From a virus: a DNA stretch of 5,674 nucleotides. The position numbers and the translations under genes were made by a program. The DNA is taken from IMG/VR virus record IMGVR_UViG_3300045988_037143, positions 1 to 5,674 of that record; one strand, written 5' to 3'. The notes below the pieces were generated by a model. That model was not told the DNA's origin and ran no database searches. It worked only from the letters and a program-made list of their open reading frames with translations. Of this stretch, positions 1 through 4,077 are shown one piece after another. Positions within the stretch are counted from its first letter, which is position 1; each line of letters opens with the position of its first letter.

Positions 1-77
1 CGTTGTTGCTTATCTGGTTATATACACCCTGAGTGATTGCCGCCATGGTGTTATAGCCCATTTGTTCGAACATGCTT
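1..77. repeat. Terminal redundancy: 1-77 is identical to 5598-5674. This is an assembly overlap of a circular genome (unit length 5597 nt).
   Basis: Base-by-base comparison of the first 77 nt (cgttgttgcttatctgg...gaacatgctt) with 5598-5674 shows identity. The VP2 reading frame stays open and in frame across the junction. Confidence 0.9.
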
Positions 78-346
78 TTGCGGTTAAACTTCTGCTGGCT
101 TTGCATATTGCTTTGAATTGCCCCTAGCATACTGTTCCAGTCTTGTAGGTTTTGTTCTCGGTTTACGCCGCTGGCGGCGCTGCTGTAGCCTCCTCCCTGG
201 CTTGAGCTTTCGTTGTGCTGTTGGCTGCCTCCGTTGCTCTCCATCAGATTCCCGCCTAGGAATTTGTTTATGAGTCCTCCGGCGATTGTTGGGAGTAGTT
301 GTTTGCCGATTCCGAGCAGTGCGCTGCCGATTGCTGCTAACGCCAT
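1..346 (-). CDS. VP2: VP2 minor capsid / DNA pilot protein, N-terminal part. The complete CDS is 5098..5674 joined to 78..346 on the circle, 281 aa.
   Basis: The minus-strand ATG at 346-344 gives MALAAIGSALLGIGKQLLPTIAGGLINKFLGGNLMESNGGSQQHNESSSQGGGYSSAASGVNREQNLQDWNSMLGAIQSNMQSQQKFNRKS with no stop. It joins in frame to MFEQMGYNTMAAITQ..., the 190-aa ORF at the other end of the window. The joined length is 846 nt (282 codons). The hydrophobic N-terminus and Gly/Ser-rich middle are typical of microvirus pilot proteins. It sits immediately 3' of VP1, as in gokushoviruses. Confidence 0.75.
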   Translation of the reverse strand, partial: MALAAIGSALLGIGKQLLPTIAGGLINKFLGGNLMESNGGSQQHNESSSQGGGYSSAASGVNREQNLQDWNSMLGAIQSNMQSQQKFNRKSMFEQMGYNTMAAITQGVYNQISNN

Positions 347-354
347 AATAAAAT

Positions 355-377
355 AGCCCGGGGTTTTGCCCCGGGCT
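355..377 (-). terminator. Stem-loop between the VP1 stop and the VP2 start. A 9-bp GC-rich stem (355-363 / 369-377, a355:t377 then 8 G:C pairs) with a 5-nt loop, followed on the minus strand by ATTTTATT. Terminator-like or an mRNA/ssDNA structural element.
   Basis: Read directly: minus strand AGCCCGGGG-CAAAA-CCCCGGGCT-ATTTTATT-ATG(VP2). A purine tract AGGAAAGGGGGAAG lies immediately 5' of the stem on the minus strand. Confidence 0.5.
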
Positions 378-391
378 TCCCCCTTTCCTGT

Positions 392-2032
392 TTAATGATG
401 GTCGTCGAGCCCTGGAATGCTGTACATGGGCATAGGTCTCACGCTGGTGTTGTCAATGACCGTATCCATGATGAACTGCGGTTCGTCGTCCACCGCCAAG
501 GTTCGCTGGATTTCGGAGTCTCCTTCTTTCATCCATGCCTGGCTTAAGCTCGGCGTTTCCGTGTAGTTGTCTCCGTAGTGCCAACTGTCCAGCGTTCCGG
601 TCGCGTTGCTCCGGAATTTTCCGCTGATTCTGTTTGGCTTCATGCGGTATTCTGCCCATGCTTCTTGGTACCCAAATGCCTGTTCATCTGTGTCCGTTCC
701 GGTAAGGTACAGCTCCTTTTTGAGAATTGCTTGCTCTCCCAGATTTGCGAAGACCGGGTAATAGAAATCCAGATTGGTTTTTCGACTCCACATCCGCTCG
801 AGTCCCTGCTGATAGGTATGGTCATGCCGGATGCAGCATACTCCGATAACATAGCCGTGTTCCTCAAAGCTTTTTGTGAACATACTGCCGTTGTACGGCG
901 TAACGCTCACGGCTGCGGTGTTGCCCTGCGGACTTTCCGTAGTTGTGCCGCTGGTCTGGATGACCTGACTCATGTTGATGGTGATACGTGTACCGCCCAG
1001 ATACTCAGGAATTTGTACCGTCTTATCGCTGATTTTGGTGTTGAACAGCGAATAAATCATCTCGCGGTAACGGCTGCCTCCGCGTGCCAGCTGTTCGTAG
1101 TATTTTTGAACTTGAAATGCTTGTCTCAGCTGATTGACGGTTGCGGATGTTACGTTGTCCATTCTTGCGCCTAAGTAGATTTCTTTCTGGGTGGGTGTGT
1201 ATCCTACAACGCCTAAAGGTTTGGTTTGGTTTTCGATTTTTGCCAGCGCTCCGGTGGTGCTTAACTCTGTTCGTTTGATGTCTGAATATCCGAATATTGG
1301 AGCGTTTCCTTCCAGTGGAAGTTGTACTTCAGGGCCTTTCTGCGGACTCGGTAAAGCCGACGTGAAATAGTCGTGGTACTTGTTGACCGGAAGAGGTCTG
1401 CCGCCTGTGTATGCGTTCTGGAGAATATACTCCAAGTCCGGTTTTGCCGCGTCCATGCCCTTTGTTTCGTCGTCCGTATAGTTTACGGTTGCGTCTGTCG
1501 TGCTGTTGATGGCCGGATTGTCAACGTTCTGGTCTCTAAACCACTCCTGCCATATCATAGCGTACGCCCTCATGGGCAACGCGTTGATAGTGAATGCCGT
1601 ATCTTCTCCTTTGCTTACCTTGGTCGGAATACCCATGTAGTCAAGGATGCTTCCTTCATAAGGCGCGGGCTTATCTTTCGTTCCGACGACTCTTACTTGT
1701 GGGATGTAGTAGTTATTTGTTTGCGTCCAAGGTCCTTCATCGTTCTCGCCCATGAATCTCTTGAAGTTATCCCAGATGATTCGACAAGGTACGTTGAAAT
1801 AGTAGATGTCCATATGACAGTTATCCATAACCGGGAAGATAGGAGTTGTCATACGTATAATAGCGGCTTGGTCGACGCTGAACGTGTCTCCCGGTAACAC
1901 CTCGTCCACATAAAATGGGATGAGCTGTCCTGCATTGAGCGTCAGTTTGACATCTTGCCGCCGCTTGAATCGGCTTCGCGTAATGTCCAAGCGCGGGACT
2001 TGGTTAAATCCTGCGTTTTTGTTTCTGTTCAT
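392..2032 (-). CDS. VP1: Major capsid protein VP1 (546 aa), Microviridae / gokushovirus-like
   Basis: A 546-aa ORF. Its N-terminus (MNRNKNAGFNQVPRLDITRSRF...NAGQLIPFYVDEVLPGDTF...PIFPVMDNCHMDIYYFNVPCRIIWDNFKRFMGE) follows the conserved gokushovirus VP1 pattern. Its size fits Gokushovirinae VP1 (about 530-570 aa). SD GGAGG lies 7 nt upstream of the ATG, which overlaps the upstream gene stop (ATGA). Confidence 0.95.
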   Translation of the reverse strand: MNRNKNAGFNQVPRLDITRSRFKRRQDVKLTLNAGQLIPFYVDEVLPGDTFSVDQAAIIRMTTPIFPVMDNCHMDIYYFNVPCRIIWDNFKRFMGENDEGPWTQTNNYYIPQVRVVGTKDKPAPYEGSILDYMGIPTKVSKGEDTAFTINALPMRAYAMIWQEWFRDQNVDNPAINSTTDATVNYTDDETKGMDAAKPDLEYILQNAYTGGRPLPVNKYHDYFTSALPSPQKGPEVQLPLEGNAPIFGYSDIKRTELSTTGALAKIENQTKPLGVVGYTPTQKEIYLGARMDNVTSATVNQLRQAFQVQKYYEQLARGGSRYREMIYSLFNTKISDKTVQIPEYLGGTRITINMSQVIQTSGTTTESPQGNTAAVSVTPYNGSMFTKSFEEHGYVIGVCCIRHDHTYQQGLERMWSRKTNLDFYYPVFANLGEQAILKKELYLTGTDTDEQAFGYQEAWAEYRMKPNRISGKFRSNATGTLDSWHYGDNYTETPSLSQAWMKEGDSEIQRTLAVDDEPQFIMDTVIDNTSVRPMPMYSIPGLDDHH

Positions 2033-2505
2033 TCAGTCGCCTCCGTTTTCGGTTCCTCGGGTTTTTCTTCCTGATAGATTCCCAGATTTTTTGCCCACTC
2101 GACCGTTCCAAACGATGCAATAAATTTGTCGACATCGTTGTCAAATTTGAGCTTTATTTCTTTCGGCACCTCGTCCCAGATTTGCTCTGCTCGCATCATG
2201 ATGTTCTGGAGTTCGGCCAGATTCTGCGGCGCTTCGGTAAAGTCTTGGATGCCGCCCCCGATGTCTGGCTTGATGCGTGCTGCAATGTCTGGGTCGATGC
2301 TTGCCCGCCTGATGATGTTTTCCAGTTTGGTTTCTTCGAGATAGCTGTCTATCTCGGCTTGCTGGTCAATGGTTTGGTCGAGTCTCAGCACCTTTTCGCC
2401 TTTTTTATTGCGCTCCCAGAGGTACGTGCGCCTTACGCTTTCCCCGGCCTCGGTCGGCTTTGCTGTGGCGGTCTGCCGCCAGTTACTTACTGAGCGATAC
2501 GCCAT
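2029..2505 (-). CDS. Acidic 158-aa protein immediately upstream of VP1 and translationally coupled to it. Candidate internal scaffolding protein (VP3-like).
   Basis: The track ORF 2029..2532 begins with TTG. The likely true start is the ATG at 2505-2503, preceded by AAGGAG. The stop TGA overlaps the VP1 ATG (ATGA). The protein is acidic and Glu/Asp-rich, as scaffold proteins are. It has no recognisable enzymatic motifs. The assignment rests on position and composition only. Confidence 0.45.
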   Translation of the reverse strand: MAYRSVSNWRQTATAKPTEAGESVRRTYLWERNKKGEKVLRLDQTIDQQAEIDSYLEETKLENIIRRASIDPDIAARIKPDIGGGIQDFTEAPQNLAELQNIMMRAEQIWDEVPKEIKLKFDNDVDKFIASFGTVEWAKNLGIYQEEKPEEPKTEATE

Positions 2506-2725
2506 CGTAAATGTTCTCCTTTTCGTTCTCAAACAGGCCTGTTTTCTCGTCGAATTTTGCCAGGCGCACTAGCCGATAGTCGCTCGGCGTCTTACTCATC
2601 ATGTTGCGTTCATCGGTCAGCGCAATCTTAAAGTTGCGCTCTGCTACCTTGTCTTCTCGTTCCGTAAAGATAGTGATGTAGCCCATCACACACTGGTCAT
2701 AGATGCCGTATACGTTGTTGCTCAT
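2483..2725 (-). CDS. Hypothetical small protein (80 aa)
   Basis: Starts at the internal ATG at 2725-2723, preceded by GGGGGAAAAACAA. The 129-aa track ORF extends it upstream from a TTG through a low-complexity His-rich stretch built from CAT repeats, which is unlikely to be real. It overlaps the VP3-like start by 23 nt. No recognisable motifs. Confidence 0.45.
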   Translation of the reverse strand: MSNNVYGIYDQCVMGYITIFTEREDKVAERNFKIALTDERNMMSKTPSDYRLVRLAKFDEKTGLFENEKENIYDGVSLSK

Positions 2726-2829
2726 TTGTTTTTCCCCCAGTTTTTGATGATGTCGGTGCCCATTGCGATGAGCGCAAAGCTTGCGCTGCACATTGCGATG
2801 ATGCTGGCGATGACTCCTACCCATATCAT
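2722..2829 (-). CDS. 35-aa single-pass membrane peptide (MIWVGVIASIIAMCSASFALIAMGTDIIKNWGKNK). Candidate small membrane or lysis-type protein.
   Basis: Translated by hand from the minus strand. ATG at 2829-2827. The TGA stop overlaps the ATG of the downstream 80-aa ORF (ATGA coupling). There are 26 hydrophobic residues, then the charged tail KNWGKNK. An alternative in-frame GTG at 2838 has GAGGGGG 9 nt upstream (38 aa). It is absent from the ORF track because it is under 60 aa. Confidence 0.4.
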   Translation of the reverse strand: MIWVGVIASIIAMCSASFALIAMGTDIIKNWGKNK

Positions 2830-2937
2830 GATGTTCACAGTCTGATACCCCCTCGCATTGCGCCGCTCCCAAGGTTGATGGCCTTGGTTTTTCGTGCGGT
2901 CTTGTTGTAAATTTTTGCGTCCTTGGATTTGCGGACT

Positions 2938-3159
2938 TTACTCCTCTTTCCCATGGTTGATTTCCCTTCTGAGTATTTCTACCTCAATTTCTGTCGCTTT
3001 TGCTTTTTTTCGGAAGACCATGTCAAGGTAAAACTTTGCGTCGTCGTACTTTGCGGCCTGTCGTAGCAGTTTGTAAGCGGCGTCGATTTCCTTGTAGGTT
3101 CGCGTCAATTTCTCCATGAGTTTCGTGTCGGTCTGGTCTCTTACGTTCCATGTTTTCAC
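2938..3159 (-). CDS. Hypothetical small charged helical protein (73 aa)
   Basis: GTG start at 3159, preceded by GAGGAG with a 7-nt spacer. The protein is Lys/Glu-rich. No recognisable motifs. Confidence 0.45.
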   Translation of the reverse strand: MKTWNVRDQTDTKLMEKLTRTYKEIDAAYKLLRQAAKYDDAKFYLDMVFRKKAKATEIEVEILRREINHGKEE

Positions 3160-3163
3160 TTGG

Positions 3164-3310
3164 TTACTCCTCGGGCTTGTTTCCCTCTACTGCATGATAA
3201 ATCTTGTCCAGCATAGCCAAGATTTTGCGGATGTTGTTAAACAGCGCGTCGATTTCCTTGATAGACAGAGCGGACACCTTCTTTCTTAAGTTATTTTGTA
3301 TAAATGGCAT
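3164..3310 (-). CDS. Possible 48-aa ORF (MPFIQNNLRKKVSALSIKEIDALFNNIRKILAMLDKIYHAVEGNKPEE)
   Basis: Hand-translated. Its stop TAA lies within the GAGGAGTAA RBS of the 73-aa gene. It has no clear SD, and its ATG sits inside a candidate -10 element. The call is weak. Confidence 0.25.
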   Translation of the reverse strand: MPFIQNNLRKKVSALSIKEIDALFNNIRKILAMLDKIYHAVEGNKPEE

Positions 3311-3336
3311 TGTAAAACAGCACTTTCCGCTGTCTA
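3309..3336 (-). promoter_or_regulatory. Candidate secondary sigma70-like promoter just downstream of the terminator (minus strand TAGACA-16 nt-TACAAT)
   Basis: Minus strand TAGACA (complement of 3331-3336), a 16-nt spacer, then TACAAT (complement of 3309-3314). This is a 5/6 + 5/6 match to consensus. It could re-initiate transcription of the downstream genes after the strong terminator. Confidence 0.3.
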
Positions 3337-3352
3337 ACTATTTATGTTGTAT

Positions 3353-3390
3353 CAAAAAAAACAGGGCTTGTCAAGCCCTGTTTTAAAATT
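3353..3390 (-). terminator. Rho-independent terminator. Perfect palindrome ACAGGGCTTG-T-CAAGCCCTGT flanked by A8 and T-rich tracts. Bidirectional, but strongest for the minus strand (stem followed by T8).
   Basis: Plus strand: CAAAAAAAA-CAGGGCTTGTCAAGCCCTG-TTTTAAAATT. Minus strand: ...AGAGAAAAATAA-TTTTAAAA-CAGGGCTTGACAAGCCCTG-TTTTTTTTGAT. It sits immediately after the stop of the 58-aa ORF. Confidence 0.7.
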
Positions 3391-3565
3391 ATTTTTCTCT
3401 TCTGTTTAGTTCGTCTTTTGCTAGCGCGTGGATGTATTCACAACGGTAGCTTATGTCATTACATGGGCATTTTTCGCAATCTCTGTTGCAGTGCTTGAAT
3501 TTGTAGTCCATCCATCTCAAGGCCTCTGTGTCAAGGTCTTTGTACGTTGCTCTTAAAGTTTTCAT
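3389..3565 (-). CDS. 58-aa Cys-rich small protein (MKTLRATYKDLDTEALRWMDYKFKHCNRDCEKCPCNDISYRCEYIHALAKDELNRREK). Possible zinc-binding small protein.
   Basis: Hand-translated. ATG at 3565-3563, preceded by AGGGGAT with a 7-nt spacer, 20 nt downstream of a consensus promoter. The TAA stop abuts the terminator. The Cys/His cluster H25-C26-x3-C30-x2-C33-x-C35-x6-C42-x3-H46 resembles a zinc ribbon or knuckle. It is absent from the track because it is under 60 aa. Confidence 0.55.
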   Translation of the reverse strand: MKTLRATYKDLDTEALRWMDYKFKHCNRDCEKCPCNDISYRCEYIHALAKDELNRREK

Positions 3566-3591
3566 AGTCTTTATCCCCTTTCTTTAATTGG

Positions 3592-3620
3592 ATTATACCA
3601 CAACTTTGCTTATTTGTCAA
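3592..3620 (-). promoter_or_regulatory. Perfect consensus sigma70 promoter on the minus strand: TTGACA - 17 nt - (TGg)TATAAT with an upstream A/T-rich UP-like tract
   Basis: The reverse complement of 3591-3640 is AACTTTTTTTCAAAAACCTC-TTGACA-AATAAGCAAAGTTGTGG-TATAAT-C. Both hexamers match 6/6 and the spacer is 17 nt. The extended -10 TGn is present. The predicted TSS is near 3585, giving a 20-nt leader with an SD for the 58-aa ORF. Confidence 0.7.
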
Positions 3621-3661
3621 GAGGTTTTTGAAAAAAAGTTTAGATGTGCTATGCCTTGAAG

Positions 3662-3701
3662 GTCATGCGGTAGGCGCGGTGCGCCGTACGGAGAGCATGA
3701 C
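3662..3701. other. GC-rich nested stem-loop in the intergenic region. Outer stem GTCATGC (3662-3668) pairs with GCATGAC (3695-3701). Inner stem GTAGGCGC (3670-3677) pairs with GCGCC-(G bulge)-TAC (3681-3689), loop GGT.
   Basis: Inverted repeats read directly from the sequence. This is the only GC-rich island in an otherwise AT-rich non-coding region. Confidence 0.4.
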
Positions 3702-3743
3702 GAGACCTTCCGGTTTCGCTCGTCGGACGGCCTTTAATTCGAT

Positions 3744-3948
3744 TTTTCCACACTTTCAACATTTTCAACAGGTTTTCCACGAAAAGTTGCACAAATGGTT
3801 TTGTGCATATTGCTACACTTTCAACAATTCAACAAGTTATCCACAAAAGTATCAACATCAAAATAATCCAGAAAATATCGTTCCAAGGATAAAAATTCAT
3901 GGTATTCAACATTTCAACACTCCCTACTATTACGACTACAACAAGTTA
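3744..3948. repeat. Iteron-like array. There are six perfect TTCAACA heptamers in three closely spaced direct-repeat pairs: 3755/3764, 3820/3828 and 3905/3913. Flanking repeats are CACTTTCAACA (twice), TTTTCCAC (twice) and CAACAAGTTA (twice).
   Basis: Counted directly in the AT-rich intergenic region. Pair spacing is 8-9 nt, and the pairs are 65 and 85 nt apart. There is no minus-strand ORF here. The plus-strand 129-aa ORF across it is low-complexity. Confidence 0.5.
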
Positions 3949-3968
3949 ATAATAAATAATAATAATAT
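3949..3968. repeat. (AAT)n / AT-only tract (aataataaataataataata) immediately 5' of the GC hairpin
   Basis: Read directly. A 100% A/T 20-mer. Confidence 0.6.
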
Positions 3969-4008
3969 CATGCGCGTGCGTGCGCGATTACGTGCGCGCG
4001 CGTGCATG
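3969..4008. repeat. 40-nt alternating pyrimidine-purine (CG/TG) element. It forms an 18-bp hairpin (catgcgcgtgcgtgcgcg - atta - cgtgcgcgcgcgtgcatg) with 14 Watson-Crick pairs and 4 G:T pairs. It has potential to form Z-DNA or an ssDNA hairpin.
   Basis: Each arm alternates Py-Pu perfectly for 18 and 18+ nt. Arm pairing was checked position by position. It is embedded in 100% AT flanks. Confidence 0.6.
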
Positions 4009-4027
4009 TCAATATGAAATAAAATAC

Positions 4028-4063
4028 TCAGCCAAGTAACATACTTGATAGTTACTTGGCTGA
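4028..4063 (-). terminator. Perfect 13-bp inverted repeat (TCAGCCAAGTAAC / GTTACTTGGCTGA) with a 10-nt loop. On the minus strand it is followed by TATTTTATTT. Probable terminator downstream of VP4. The plus-strand loop is ATACTTGATA.
   Basis: The reverse complement of 4028-4040 equals 4051-4063 exactly. A second small hairpin TGACAC-caaa-GTGTCA (4065-4080) overlaps the VP4 stop codon. Confidence 0.6.
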
Positions 4064-4077
4064 GTGACACCAAAGTG

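Noticed and set aside
578-2123. Plus-strand ORFs (578..1174, 1373..1897, 1920..2123) and minus-strand ORFs in alternate frames (453..659, 640..867) inside VP1
   Set aside because: These are antisense or alternate-frame shadows within the well-supported VP1 gene. Their translations show no protein-like features, and none has an RBS.
2505-2532. Upstream TTG start giving a 167-aa version of the VP3-like protein
   Set aside because: The ATG at 2505 with AAGGAG at 10 nt is a far better initiation site. The TTG extension would overlap the 80-aa gene by 50 nt.
2126-2572. Plus-strand ORFs 2126..2344, 2182..2493 and 2369..2572
   Set aside because: Antisense to the VP3-like and 80-aa genes. Their sequences are low complexity and Cys/Leu-rich, and they have no RBS.
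2483-2872. 129-aa TTG-initiated ORF with a His-rich N-terminus (HHDMGRSHRQHHRNVQRKLCAHRNGHRHHQ)
   Set aside because: The N-terminal 49 codons are an artefact of CAT/CATCGC repeats read in this frame. They begin with TTG and have no good RBS. The internal ATG at 2725 has an SD. The alternative frame over the same DNA encodes a clean transmembrane peptide.
2869-2887. Small hairpin CCAAGG-TTGATGG-CCTTGG between the 73-aa gene and the TM peptide
   Set aside because: It has only a 6-bp stem and no flanking U-tract or promoter hexamers. It is noted but too weak to call functional.
3204-3386. Plus-strand 60-aa ORF
   Set aside because: It spans the bidirectional terminator hairpin and the antisense of the small minus-strand genes. 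It has no RBS and is on the opposite strand to all genes.
3744-4008. Possibility that the short repeats are a CRISPR array
   Set aside because: The repeats are 7-11 nt, irregularly spaced and lack spacer-like unique units of uniform length. The element is iteron-like, not CRISPR.
3628-4017. Plus-strand 129-aa ORF across the intergenic region
   Set aside because: It runs through the iteron and alternating-GC repeats. Its translation is low complexity (NNNNN, RVRARLRARA, repeated FNxF). It lies antisense to all real genes, and the region contains the promoter and terminator elements. It is better explained as non-coding.
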